Numbered from the stretch's first letter, positions 20,564 to 31,221 are shown. The stretch is DNA of 64,000 bases from Spirochaetota bacterium (GCA_043803405.1 JAZDKB010000018.1:128001-192000), one strand, 5' to 3'. Numbers and translations: made by a program. The notes: generated from the sequence alone by a model not told the origin.

Positions 20564-21223
20564 ATGGCACAGATATTATCGGATAACGACCGCGGCAGGC
20601 TGGATAAGCTTGTAGAGGAAGCAGAGAAAAGCACAAATGCCCAGATAGTGCTTGCTGCTGTTAAGCGCAGTGACAGCTATGCCGAACTGCCATGGAAGGC
20701 GTTTGCCCTTGGCGCGTCTGTTGCAGGATTGCTTGTTTTTTATTTTGATTTGCTGTCACCAGGATGGGGTTCAGACACAATGGTTCTTGTCTCGGTTGCG
20801 AGCATACTTGCTGCAGGCGCTGCATTCGCGCTTTTGGCAATAGTGCTGCCTGTTTTCGGCAGGCTTTTTTTATCAGCCGATAGAGCTGAAACTGAAGTAC
20901 GGCAATACGCCGAGTCGCTCTTTCTTTCACGCGAGATTTTCGCCACGAGCGGGCGCACAGGCATCCTGATGCTTATCAGTATGTTCGAGCGGGAAATCGT
21001 TATTCTTCCGGATAAAGGGTTGGCTAATAGATTAAGCGAAAATGCAATGCAGAACATCATTTTAAAAATGACCGCTCAGCTTAAACGAAATGAAATTGCA
21101 GGCGCAATGGAGACAGGTGTTAAGGAGATCGGCAAAACTCTCGGAGCCACAGCATCCGCAGCAATTAAGAGTGCAGGCAAAGATGAACTGTCCAATGAAA
21201 TCATTGAGGAGAAGGGCGTATGA
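20564..21223 (+). CDS. TPM-domain membrane protein
   Basis: AEKSTNAQIV, TSGRTGILMLISMFE, DELSNE; paired with the YgcG-like gene. Confidence 0.85.
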   Translation: MAQILSDNDRGRLDKLVEEAEKSTNAQIVLAAVKRSDSYAELPWKAFALGASVAGLLVFYFDLLSPGWGSDTMVLVSVASILAAGAAFALLAIVLPVFGRLFLSADRAETEVRQYAESLFLSREIFATSGRTGILMLISMFEREIVILPDKGLANRLSENAMQNIILKMTAQLKRNEIAGAMETGVKEIGKTLGATASAAIKSAGKDELSNEIIEEKGV

Positions 21224-22179
21224 AAAAGACATCCTTATTACTATTCATATCAACTATAATTCTGTCTGCGTCTATCGCAGGCGCTGCGGATGTCCCTTAC
21301 CTTACAGGCCGTGTTACGGACAACGCGCAGCTTCTTTCTGCCGAAACGCGCAAGTCGCTTGCTGAAAGCCTTAAAGCGCACGAAAGCCGCACAAGCAATC
21401 AGATTGCGGTATTAACGATTCCCACGTTAAATGGCGAAAGCATTGAAGATTACGCTGTCAGGGTTTTCAAGGAATGGAAACTTGGACAGAAAGGCAAGGA
21501 TAACGGCATCCTAATTATTGTTGCGCCGAATGACAGGCGTATGCGCATTGAAGTCGGTTACGGACTTGAAGGGACAATGACGGACTTAATGGCAGGCCGT
21601 ATAATCCAGAATATCATGACTCCAAAATTCAAAAGCGGGGATTATAATTCCGGAATTGCTGAAGGTGCGAAAGCAGTCATTGATGTGCTGGAAGGCGGGC
21701 AGGTACAGGAAACTGCTGTTAATAAAGAAAATACCGAAGAAAAATCCGGCTTTTTAAATATTCAGGGTCCTGACATGTCTATCACTGAACGCATTCTTTT
21801 CGGGGCATTTATTTTCGGAATTATTGGGCTTTTTACTGTAATAGGAATACTTACTCCGGGCATAGGCTGGTTTCTGTATTTGTTCTTAATTCCGTTCTGG
21901 GCAATGTTCCCGATTGTAGTTTTAGGTACAGGCGGAGCATTTGTCTGCTTTATAACATATATAATTGCCTTCCCAATAATTAAACTATTCATTAGTAAAT
22001 CCAAGTGGTATAGTAAAGCAAAAAAGGATCTGCGCACAAAGGGAAAAGCTTCCATAGGCGGATTTGTGTTTTCATCCGGAGGATCGGGCGGGTCATGGTC
22101 GTCCGGGAGTTCGGGAGGCTCAGGCTTTTCCGGCGGGGGAGGATCGTCCGGTGGAGGAGGGTCATCCGGGAGCTGGTGA
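21220..22179 (+). CDS. TPM-domain (YgcG/DUF477) protein
   Basis: GRVTDNA, WKLGQKGKDNG, RIEVGYGLEG, Gly/Ser tail GFSGGGGSSGGGGSSGSW. Confidence 0.93.
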   Translation: MKKTSLLLFISTIILSASIAGAADVPYLTGRVTDNAQLLSAETRKSLAESLKAHESRTSNQIAVLTIPTLNGESIEDYAVRVFKEWKLGQKGKDNGILIIVAPNDRRMRIEVGYGLEGTMTDLMAGRIIQNIMTPKFKSGDYNSGIAEGAKAVIDVLEGGQVQETAVNKENTEEKSGFLNIQGPDMSITERILFGAFIFGIIGLFTVIGILTPGIGWFLYLFLIPFWAMFPIVVLGTGGAFVCFITYIIAFPIIKLFISKSKWYSKAKKDLRTKGKASIGGFVFSSGGSGGSWSSGSSGGSGFSGGGGSSGGGGSSGSW

Positions 22180-22193
22180 ATCGCCTTATTTTC

Positions 22194-25100
22194 TTAATCA
22201 TATAGAAATTTTACATTAAGGCAGGATTCAATAATATCGAACAGCTCCTGCTCCTTAAAAGGCTTTCTTAAAAATGCGTTTGCGCCTGCATTCAGCGCTT
22301 TCTTTTTATCCTCGCTGAAAGCGCCTGCTGTTACTGCAATTATAGATATATTATTATCTTTAATTTCCCTGATAGCTTTTATGGCCTCGTAACCGTTCAT
22401 CATAGGCATTCTCATATCCATCAGTATAATATCGGGAGTCCATTCCTTTGTTTTTTCAACTGCTTCAATCCCGTTGGATGCTTCCTGAATTTCAAAACCT
22501 ACAGGCTCCAGTATTTTCTTAAGCAGAACGCGGTTATCGGACTTGTCGTCGGTTATAAGAGTTTTATATTTGTTTTTTCCCGGTTTTATTTTTACAATGC
22601 GTCCTTTGCGTACTTTCTTTTTCTTTTGCAGTTCTTTTCCGGTTTCAATATTAACCTGAATTGTAAAACATGAACCTTTCCCTGTCTCGCTCTTAAGAGT
22701 AATATCGCCTCCCATTAACAGGGCATACTGCCTGCTTATGGTAAGGCCTAAACCTGTGCCTCCCTCGTTTATTCCGGCCTCGGTTTGCCCGAACACGCGG
22801 AACAGCTTTCCGATTTCATATTCAGGAATACCTGGGCCTGTATCTTCCACTTCAATTTTAAGAACACATTTATTTTTGCTTATTCCCTGAGTATTAACTT
22901 TCACAATAATGCCGCCTTCGTTCGTAAATTTTTCGGCATTACCTATAAGATTAATGAGAATCTGCTTTAACTTTGCTTCATCGGCAACAACAGTCCCAGG
23001 CAGGCTTTCCGGATATACCATCTCGAAGTTCAGATTTTTGGTTTTTGTCTTTAGACTGAACATTGCCTCAACATCAGATAATAATTTACGCAAGTCAAAT
23101 TCCGAAACATTCAGTGTTACCTGCCCTGCCTCTATTCTCGACATTTCAAGAATGTCGTTTATTATGGACAGCAAATGTTCCCCGCTGCGGTTTATTGTTT
23201 CAAGCGATTCGACCTGTTCCGGATTAAGATTATCGTCGTACATCATTAGTTGGCAAAATCCGAGTATCGAATTAAGCGGAGTTCGTATCTCGTGGCTCAT
23301 GTTGGAAAGAAATGTGCTTTTAGCCCGGTTGGCGTTTTCCGCCAATTCTTTGGATTCTTTAAGCGTCTGCTCGGCGATCTTAAAAGGAGTTATATCCCGG
23401 TTAATGCCTATAAGCCCTGAAACATTTCCGCTGGAATCTTTTAAAGGCAGTTTTAATATTGAATACCATCTTTCATTTTCATCCGGATGCCTGATAATTT
23501 CCTCATAGTTCATTGTCTTTCCGTAATTTAATACTTCCTGTTCATCTTTATAATAATTTACAGCTTTATCATACGGGAGAAGGTCAAAATCGCTTTTACC
23601 TGTAAGATCATTTACATTTGATTTGCCGAATATCCGCAGAACATGATAATTCGTAGTGATGAACCTGCTTTCTTTATCCTTTATGTAGATTTCATCTGGA
23701 ATATTATCTATGAGAGTGCGAAGTAGATTCCGTTCTTTCGCGAGTTCACCGGTGCGAACTTTAACAAGCTCTTCCAGATGCTCATGGTATTTCAGTAATT
23801 CATCTTCGTTTCGTTTGCGTTCGGTAAAATCATCAGAGACTGCTATAATTTCCCCTGAAGGCAGCTTGTATACATAATTCTCATACCAGCCGGACAGTTT
23901 ATTGTCTTTATATTGAGTTATAGGAAAACGCTCGGGATTGCCGGTTTCCCACACTCTTTTAAGAACATCAACAAGACCGGATTCTTTTATTGATAACCTG
24001 GCATTATGAATACTTCTTCCGATTAGATTTTCCTTTTGCTCATTATCTATTGCTTCCCCTGCCTTGTTAAAATCCTTGAATATAAAATCGTTTCCATTGT
24101 CTAATGCCTGGTAGATGGCTACACCGCTGCTAATATTGTCAAATAATTCCCTGTATCGTACTTCGCTGTTCCGTAAATCCTCTTCCGCCTGTTTCCGCTC
24201 AGTGATATCGCGTATATTACAGTGTATTACTTCTTTGTTATGTACCGGATACATGCTGCTGATAAATTCCACAATAAGAACCCTTCCATCTTTTGTCATT
24301 AGGGGTATGTTATCAAAGCGAAGGTATTTGTTTCTTTTAAGTTCGCTGAATGAATATTCCGAAATATATTCTTTATTAAATAAATCAAGCTGGCATAATT
24401 TTTTTCCTATTACTTCATTATTCGAATAACCGAGCTTTTCCTGAATTATTGGATTTGCATCAATGATGTTTCCCGTAACAGGATCTATTATTACAATAGC
24501 GTCCTTTGCTGTTTCAAAAAGCCTCCTGTACCTGAGTTCACTTTCCTTCAGCTCTTCCTGGGCAAGATTACGGCTGAGCGCAAAAGCTATGATGTTTGAA
24601 ACTCCTTCGAAAAACTCTATCATCCCGGATGTAAACATGTTCCGCCGCCTGTCATTTAACTGGAGCAGCCCGATTGTCTCCTTCATGCTCTTTAACGGAA
24701 TAAGAGCGACCGACTCATAGCCCTCGGCGTTGCACCTGTTGCGGAGGCTGGGCTTGCTGTCCTTTCCTTCAGCAGATTCCATGAGATTGGTAGTTGAGTT
24801 TGTCCAGAAGCTCCCGCCCTTTGTAAAAAATGAAAAACCGGCATTCGTTCTGCCGCAGATAATATTTCCGCACATACATTCCAGATGTGCGTTGCCCATT
24901 GTGTCCCGGACTATTGTTCCGCCAGGGTCAAACGCGCAGAGGTAATTCTCGGCTTTCACAAACAAGTCCGGAAATCCTTTTGTATGATAATAGGGATAAT
25001 CTTCCCCGTCTTTTAGCCTGACGCCTACGCATTCGAATCCCATATTATTGCTGATTTCAACCGAGATATTTCGTATTGCCTCCAGCGTGTTCTCAGTTCC

Positions 25101-25403
25101 GTTTAATATAGCCATAATATTTTTTGTAAGATTGGAATATTTCTCAGCCTGCTTGCGTTCCATTCTTTCCTTGTCGTGCATTTCATTTTCTTTTTTATTC
25201 ATTTGAACTGCATTTACATAAAGGATAACAACAGTAATTATAATGAGAAGAGCATTTATTGCCATCATGCCCGGAATAAATGATTTGAGAATATTCAGGT
25301 TAAATATCCAGCCTGCCAGCCCCAGACATCCGATTGCCAGGGAAGTTAGCCCTGCAGCAAGAATGAATATTTTTATAAAACCGGTATTTAGTATTAGTTT
25401 CAT
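22194..25403 (-). CDS. Hybrid sensor histidine kinase (TM, GAF-like, 3 PAS, HisKA, HATPase, REC)
   Basis: FLSNMSHEIRTPLN, NLIGNAEKFT, DTGPG, GTGLGL, ILMDMRMP. Confidence 0.95.
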   Translation of the reverse strand: MKLILNTGFIKIFILAAGLTSLAIGCLGLAGWIFNLNILKSFIPGMMAINALLIIITVVILYVNAVQMNKKENEMHDKERMERKQAEKYSNLTKNIMAILNGTENTLEAIRNISVEISNNMGFECVGVRLKDGEDYPYYHTKGFPDLFVKAENYLCAFDPGGTIVRDTMGNAHLECMCGNIICGRTNAGFSFFTKGGSFWTNSTTNLMESAEGKDSKPSLRNRCNAEGYESVALIPLKSMKETIGLLQLNDRRRNMFTSGMIEFFEGVSNIIAFALSRNLAQEELKESELRYRRLFETAKDAIVIIDPVTGNIIDANPIIQEKLGYSNNEVIGKKLCQLDLFNKEYISEYSFSELKRNKYLRFDNIPLMTKDGRVLIVEFISSMYPVHNKEVIHCNIRDITERKQAEEDLRNSEVRYRELFDNISSGVAIYQALDNGNDFIFKDFNKAGEAIDNEQKENLIGRSIHNARLSIKESGLVDVLKRVWETGNPERFPITQYKDNKLSGWYENYVYKLPSGEIIAVSDDFTERKRNEDELLKYHEHLEELVKVRTGELAKERNLLRTLIDNIPDEIYIKDKESRFITTNYHVLRIFGKSNVNDLTGKSDFDLLPYDKAVNYYKDEQEVLNYGKTMNYEEIIRHPDENERWYSILKLPLKDSSGNVSGLIGINRDITPFKIAEQTLKESKELAENANRAKSTFLSNMSHEIRTPLNSILGFCQLMMYDDNLNPEQVESLETINRSGEHLLSIINDILEMSRIEAGQVTLNVSEFDLRKLLSDVEAMFSLKTKTKNLNFEMVYPESLPGTVVADEAKLKQILINLIGNAEKFTNEGGIIVKVNTQGISKNKCVLKIEVEDTGPGIPEYEIGKLFRVFGQTEAGINEGGTGLGLTISRQYALLMGGDITLKSETGKGSCFTIQVNIETGKELQKKKKVRKGRIVKIKPGKNKYKTLITDDKSDNRVLLKKILEPVGFEIQEASNGIEAVEKTKEWTPDIILMDMRMPMMNGYEAIKAIREIKDNNISIIAVTAGAFSEDKKKALNAGANAFLRKPFKEQELFDIIESCLNVKFLYD

Positions 25404-25716
25404 AAAAGAAGTTCCGTCTTTTATGCTGAATTTATAAAAATTTAAACTAACAGATAATTATAAATGATGTTTAGATCTGATTGTTCGTTAATCTGTCTGA
25501 ATTACATATTTCAGGATATCAATATAAGCAGGTTGCTAAGCGAAGCATTATTGATGCTGTTTGATTTATAGTATAAACCACCTGGCAAATAAAAGCAAGA
25601 ATTTTATGTTTAATAAAAGTCATCGGATTATTTTGATTGACTCGAATGTATTCACTTCATAATTAAATTACTCATCTGTTAAACTTACAATTTTACATAA
25701 ATGGTTTTACCAAACA

Positions 25717-28700
25717 ATGAACAAAACATTTTTAAAATTCAGATGGCCTTTTATTATTTCTTTGATAGCAGTCATTGCTTTGCTTTTTGTTTACAGGCTG
25801 CAGTATTTTACAGTTGATACTGACCTTATCGAATACCTGCCTCATGATGACGCAGTTTTAACGGATGCGCGTGCTGTTATCAAGCATCTGCCGTTTCAGG
25901 ACAAAGTTGTAATCGACCTCTGCCTTAAAAAGATAGACAGGGACATCCTTGTTGAAGGTGCGAATTTTTTTGAAGAAAGACTGAGAAAGAGCGGCCTGTT
26001 TAAAAATGTCGGCATTGACGAAATGCAGAAACTGTTCCCTCCGCTTATAATGCATATTACTAAAAATCTTCCTGTCCTGTTTACGGCAAAAGAGCTGGAG
26101 CGTGATATTAAACCGATGCTTTCCAGGCAAAACATAAAAAAAGCTCTTAATCAAAATCTGGCGCAACTGCAGAATCTTGAAGGCATTGGGCAATCTGAAT
26201 TTATAATGTACGATCCGCTGGATTTTAAAGGTCATATAATATCAAAGCTTTCGGACCTGGTTCCTTCAAAAAAAGCTTCCATTTACAGAGGAAAACTGAT
26301 CTCGCAGGATGAAAAACACCTCCTTATAGTTACTGAGCTAAACGGTTCCGGAACTGATATTGCGACTTCGGAAAAGATAAACGATTTAATTTATAGCATT
26401 TCCGCGGATTTTAAAAAGGTTTATAGCCAGAAGGGATATAACTTTGAAGTCAATCCTGTAGGCGCATATCGCGCTGTGCTTGATAATTCATCCGCGACAA
26501 AGAAGGATACTGAAAGGGCTGTTACGATCTCCACGATAATAATCGCGATCCTGCTTATTATTGGCTTTCCCAGGCCGCTTGTTGGACTGCTCGCTCTATT
26601 ACCGTCTATACTCGGCACGGCACTGGCGTTCATAGTGTACTCGCTTATACACAGCTCCATATCGGTACTGGCAGTCGGGTTCGGGGGCGCGATCATTTCA
26701 TTTACAGTCGATTACGGGATTACGTACCTTTTATTCCTCGACCGGCCTTACGAGACTTACGGGTTCGAAGCGACAAAGGAGGTGTGGACTCTGGGGCTCC
26801 TCGCAATGCTGACTACGGCAGTATCTTTCGCGTTCCTTTTTTTAAGCGGCTTTCCTGCTCTCGCACAGATCGGCGAATTCGCGGCTCTTGGTGTACTCTT
26901 TACTTATATATGCGTTCATCTGTTTTTCCCTGTAATATTTCCGGTAATGCCGCCTGCGAAACGAAAAGGTTTTCTGCCTTTACTGGCTTTTGTTAAAAAA
27001 CTGATATTCTCCGGCGGAAAATACAGATTCATTGCAGCTGTTGTTTTTTGCATAATAATGCTGTTCTTCGCAAAACCTGTTTTTCAAGTTGATATAAGTT
27101 CAATGAATTCGGTAACGGACAAAACGCTGGAATCCGAAAATATGGTAAAAGATACATGGGGCAACATATTAAACCGCATATACCTGATGAGCGAAGGCAT
27201 GGATGCTGAGGAATTACAGGACAGGGGCGACAGGCTTGCTCGCATGCTGGAAAAGGACATTGAAAACGGCGTCGTTGCTTCAGCTTTTATGCCGTCAATG
27301 ATTTTTCCGGGCACTGACAGGGCAAACGAAAACCTGAGCGCGTGGAAAAAATTCTGGAACAAAAAGCGGACTGCCGAATTTAAAAAAAACATATACGCTG
27401 CCGCGCATGAGGCCGGCTTTACGCAGGATGCGTTCCGCAGGTTATTTGACATGATAGAGAAAAAAGACTATAAAGCTGCCCCAATGCCTGCCGAATTTCA
27501 CGGCATGTTCGGCGTTTCCAAAAAAAGCGATACGGAATGGATGCAGTTCTCGATTCTGACTACTGCGAAAGATTATAAAAGCGAGGATTTTTATTCAAGA
27601 TACAGCAAAGCAGGGATTAAGCTTTTCGATCCCTGGCTTTTCAGCGAACGTCTGGCTAAACTGCTTATGTCCGGATTCATTAAGATGGCACTGATAGTCG
27701 GCATCATAACTGTCATTGTAGCTCTACTGTATCTGCTGGACTGGCAGCTTGCTTTGATTTCAGTTATCCCGACAATTTTTTCTCTTATTTGCACATTCGG
27801 CACTTTAAATATTTTAAATCAGCCTCTCGGTATTCCTACTATCATTATTATAGTGGTTGTCATCGGCATGGGAACTGATTACGCGATCTATCTTGTAAGG
27901 GCTTACCAGAGATACATGGATGAGGAAAATACATCTCTAAGGCTTGTGCACATGTCGGTGTTTTTGTCGTTCGCGACAACATTTGCGGGCTTCGGCCTTC
28001 TCGCATTATCCAGCCATTCGCTTCTTAAAAGCGCGGGGCTCAGCCTTGGCCTTGGCATAGGATATTCGTTCATAGGTGCTGTGATGCTTGTGCCGCCTAT
28101 GCTGAAATACGTGTTTACGCAGAAATTGCAGGCAGATGAAAACATCATCGCCGGTTCGGCAGAGCATTTTAAGCATGTTATGAAGAGATACAGGCATATT
28201 GAAGCTTACCCGCGCATTTTCGCGCGCTTTAAAATGAAGTGCGACCCGATGTTCCCGAGACTTGCCGATTTTGTAAAGCAGCCGAAGCAAATACTGGATA
28301 TCGGGTGCGGATACGGTGTTCCGTCCGCATGGCTTCTCGCGATTTATCCGGATGCGCGCGTGCACGCGCTGGACCCGGACGCGGGACGCGTTTACATCGC
28401 GTCCAGAGTTATCGGAGAACGCGGGAGCGTCGCGGTCGGGAGCGCACCGGATCTTCCTGCTGTCGGGAACAAATGCGACACAGCACTCCTTCTCGACATG
28501 ATACATTATCTGAATGACAGCGATCTTCGCGCTACTCTAAAATGGGTTTGTAAATATCTTACAAAAAAAGGAAAGCTGATAATACGGGTAACGATGCCTA
28601 CGGAAAAAAAATTCCCATGGGAAAGGATGCTGGAACATTTGCGCGTGAAACTGTTAAAGACAAAAGCATATTTCAGAACTGCTGCGCAGCTCGAAAAGAT

Positions 28701-28785
28701 GATAAAAGAAGCAGGACTTAAAGTTAAGCTGACTGAACCTACAAAGAAAAACCGCGAAGAGACGTGGATAATTGCCGAGAAATGA
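25717..28785 (+). CDS. MMPL/RND-family lipid exporter fused to C-terminal class I SAM methyltransferase
   Basis: Two TM bundles with TVDYG and GTDYA; C-terminal ILDIGCGYG and LLDMIHYL. Confidence 0.88.
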   Translation: MNKTFLKFRWPFIISLIAVIALLFVYRLQYFTVDTDLIEYLPHDDAVLTDARAVIKHLPFQDKVVIDLCLKKIDRDILVEGANFFEERLRKSGLFKNVGIDEMQKLFPPLIMHITKNLPVLFTAKELERDIKPMLSRQNIKKALNQNLAQLQNLEGIGQSEFIMYDPLDFKGHIISKLSDLVPSKKASIYRGKLISQDEKHLLIVTELNGSGTDIATSEKINDLIYSISADFKKVYSQKGYNFEVNPVGAYRAVLDNSSATKKDTERAVTISTIIIAILLIIGFPRPLVGLLALLPSILGTALAFIVYSLIHSSISVLAVGFGGAIISFTVDYGITYLLFLDRPYETYGFEATKEVWTLGLLAMLTTAVSFAFLFLSGFPALAQIGEFAALGVLFTYICVHLFFPVIFPVMPPAKRKGFLPLLAFVKKLIFSGGKYRFIAAVVFCIIMLFFAKPVFQVDISSMNSVTDKTLESENMVKDTWGNILNRIYLMSEGMDAEELQDRGDRLARMLEKDIENGVVASAFMPSMIFPGTDRANENLSAWKKFWNKKRTAEFKKNIYAAAHEAGFTQDAFRRLFDMIEKKDYKAAPMPAEFHGMFGVSKKSDTEWMQFSILTTAKDYKSEDFYSRYSKAGIKLFDPWLFSERLAKLLMSGFIKMALIVGIITVIVALLYLLDWQLALISVIPTIFSLICTFGTLNILNQPLGIPTIIIIVVVIGMGTDYAIYLVRAYQRYMDEENTSLRLVHMSVFLSFATTFAGFGLLALSSHSLLKSAGLSLGLGIGYSFIGAVMLVPPMLKYVFTQKLQADENIIAGSAEHFKHVMKRYRHIEAYPRIFARFKMKCDPMFPRLADFVKQPKQILDIGCGYGVPSAWLLAIYPDARVHALDPDAGRVYIASRVIGERGSVAVGSAPDLPAVGNKCDTALLLDMIHYLNDSDLRATLKWVCKYLTKKGKLIIRVTMPTEKKFPWERMLEHLRVKLLKTKAYFRTAAQLEKMIKEAGLKVKLTEPTKKNREETWIIAEK

Positions 28786-29651
28786 AACGATTAGTTTACA
28801 ACTATCTGTCAAAAACATCCAGGCTTTTCGGCATCTGGATTTTCCTCACTGCGGCCTGGTGGATATCTACAGGATATTTCCTCCTGTTCCCTGGACGCGT
28901 TAAAATAAGCATGGACTTTTACAAAGCGCTTTTTCCAGGTAAAAGTATTTTCTTCTGTATGCGTTGTTCATGGAAGCAGTTCCACAATTTCACGAACGTA
29001 TTTATTGACAGATTTATTCTGCACGATTTTAACGATATTACATACACGTCCGAGGGATGGGAGCATATTGAATATGCTGCCCGTGAAAAGACAGGCGGAA
29101 TTCTGGTAATGTCGCACATAGGCAACTGGGAGGTTGCTGCGCATCTGTTAAGGCGCGAAAAAATAAACATGCTTCTTTACATGGGCATTAAACAGAAAGA
29201 ACAGATTGAGCGCACACAGAAAGAGAGCCTTGCGAAAAGCGGGCTTAAAATAATAGCTGTGATGCAGGAAGAGAGTTCTCCGTTTGACATTCTGGAAGGC
29301 ATTAACTTCCTGAAAGACGGCGGCCTTGTTTCGCTCACAGGCGACCGCATCTGGAGAGGAGATCAGAGAGCTGTAGGAGTAAGTTTTCTGGGGCACAAAG
29401 CGCTTGTTCCGGAAACGCCGTATATTTTCGCCCTTCTTTCCGGAGCCCCGGTATTCTTTTTCTTCACGTTCCGCACAGGCAAAAAGCAGTATCATTTTAA
29501 AATATCGCAGCCCATGTACATCAGGTCCGCATCCCGCAAAGGACGTAAAGAAATCATAAAAAAAACAGCCCAGCATTATGCTGAAATAATGGAAGCAAAT
29601 CTGCGCCAGTATCCTTACGAATGGTTTCATTTCGAGAGATTTATTAATTAA
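28782..29651 (+). CDS. LpxL/HtrB-like lipid acyltransferase; start ATG 28782
   Basis: SHIGNWE, GDR, FLG, YPYEWFHF; ATGA overlap with MMPL gene. Confidence 0.88.
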   Translation: MKRLVYNYLSKTSRLFGIWIFLTAAWWISTGYFLLFPGRVKISMDFYKALFPGKSIFFCMRCSWKQFHNFTNVFIDRFILHDFNDITYTSEGWEHIEYAAREKTGGILVMSHIGNWEVAAHLLRREKINMLLYMGIKQKEQIERTQKESLAKSGLKIIAVMQEESSPFDILEGINFLKDGGLVSLTGDRIWRGDQRAVGVSFLGHKALVPETPYIFALLSGAPVFFFFTFRTGKKQYHFKISQPMYIRSASRKGRKEIIKKTAQHYAEIMEANLRQYPYEWFHFERFIN

Positions 29652-29706
29652 TGCCCCCACCCGGCCATTGCTGACGCTCGGCTGACATGGTGTTGTCTTA
29701 AAAGAA

Positions 29707-29844
29707 TGCCACGGAGACACTGAGACACAGAGTTTAATAATAATTTTTCAAATAGTTTAAGATATTATTAACCATAAGAGATATTTTTCATTAAAACAAC
29801 GTTATTCGAATAAAAATCCTTTGTGTCTCTGCGCCTCTGTGGCA
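29707..29844. repeat. GCCACAGAG-family palindromic element
   Basis: TGCCACGGAGACACTGAGACACAGAG / CTTTGTGTCTCTGCGCCTCTGTGGCA. Confidence 0.8.
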
Positions 29845-29913
29845 AATTTTTTATTATGAGATGCTTCAAGGATAAATATCGCAGTCTAGGTTGAAAAAAT
29901 AAATATTAATTCT

Positions 29914-31170
29914 TTACACTCTTCCGAATTTCGCACCTGCCAGCTTCCTCTCCCTGTGCCTGAACGTGTTGTCTGCTTTTTCTTTCTCAACCACCTTTTT
30001 GATAAGCTTGAACATTTTATAGGACTGCGGTTCGTCTTTATAAAACGTGTCCCATGCGTACTGCAATAGTTCCTGAAGCTTTTCAGGAGAGAGATTTTTA
30101 GGCTGAAAAACAACTTTGTCAGCGCTGTATTCATTCCAGTCGTATGAAAAAATGCGGTTATCTCTCTTCAGGTCTTCATAAGCTTTCGAATGCGGGAACG
30201 GAGTAAGCACTGTAAACTCAGCAAGGTCCAGATCGATCTCCAGCAGAAAATCGATAAGCTTTTTTATGTAATCTTCGGTATGGTCGTCCAGTCCGAGAAG
30301 TATTGTGCCCTCAACACCTATCCCGAAATCCTTGTAGCGCTTAATCCTGCTGCGTATGTAATCGGACGTGTCGAATACAGCCTGGTACACGTACCACGCG
30401 CCCGCTTTCGCGGCAAGCTCCAGCACCTCGTTGTCGTCCTCGATAGGGTGGCAGCACCATTTCTTCTTTAACGGGATCATTTCGCGGAAAAGCTCCATCT
30501 CCCATTCTTTGTTCTGCGCGAGCGAGTTGTCCACTATGAACAGCCTGTTGTTGTCAATGCTTTCCAGCTCTTCCAGCACCCTGTCTATTGGCCTTGGCCT
30601 GAACATCCTGCCGCCGAGATACGGAGTACAGCATGGATAGCAGTTGAACCTGCATCCGCGCGAAGCGTGAAAGAGATCGACCATCTGTATGCCTTTATAA
30701 TTATACAGCTCCTTTTTTAATATATCCCTTCTCGCGGGGCCTACCATTTCAATTGGCATAAAGTCGTTCAAATAATTATAAACTTTTTTAAGGCTGTTGT
30801 TTTTAAAATCAATAAATATTTCTTCCATTCTGCCTTCGGCCTCGCCCAGAAAAACAGAGTCAGCGTGCTCCGCTGTCTCTTCTGCGTGAAGCATTGTCGC
30901 TATGCCGCCGAATATCACTTTTATGCCCCTGCGCCTGTACTCGTCCGCAATTGCCCAACCGCGCTTTATCTGGCAGGTCAGCATCATTGAAATGCCCACA
31001 AAGTCGGCCGTATCGTCAAAGTTCAGCTCTTCCACGTTCTCGTCAGTAAAGTCGATGTCAACATAATCGGGCAGCGCTGCTGCCATTGTTACTGGCCCGT
31101 GAGGCGGCAGATGGAATTCCGTTTGCCCTGTCAGCTTTTTCCACGCGGGATATATGAGTTTGAATTTCAT
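29914..31170 (-). CDS. Cobalamin-binding radical SAM enzyme; start ATG 31170
   Basis: N-terminal B12-binding domain (DENVE, VIFGGIAT, GEAE), SRGCRFNCYPC, LTPFPHS. Confidence 0.92.
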   Translation of the reverse strand: MKFKLIYPAWKKLTGQTEFHLPPHGPVTMAAALPDYVDIDFTDENVEELNFDDTADFVGISMMLTCQIKRGWAIADEYRRRGIKVIFGGIATMLHAEETAEHADSVFLGEAEGRMEEIFIDFKNNSLKKVYNYLNDFMPIEMVGPARRDILKKELYNYKGIQMVDLFHASRGCRFNCYPCCTPYLGGRMFRPRPIDRVLEELESIDNNRLFIVDNSLAQNKEWEMELFREMIPLKKKWCCHPIEDDNEVLELAAKAGAWYVYQAVFDTSDYIRSRIKRYKDFGIGVEGTILLGLDDHTEDYIKKLIDFLLEIDLDLAEFTVLTPFPHSKAYEDLKRDNRIFSYDWNEYSADKVVFQPKNLSPEKLQELLQYAWDTFYKDEPQSYKMFKLIKKVVEKEKADNTFRHRERKLAGAKFGRV

Positions 31171-31181
31171 TAACAGCTCCA

Positions 31182-31221
31182 AAAAAATACTCCCTCCATT
31201 TTGATGGAGGGAGTATTTTTT
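31182..31221. terminator. Bidirectional intrinsic terminator-like hairpin
   Basis: Perfect 18-bp stem AAAAAATACTCCCTCCAT-TTTG-ATGGAGGGAGTATTTTTT. Confidence 0.85.

Noticed and set aside
22075..22179. GC-rich tandem-like repeat
   Set aside because: Encodes the normal Gly/Ser tail of YgcG-type TPM proteins
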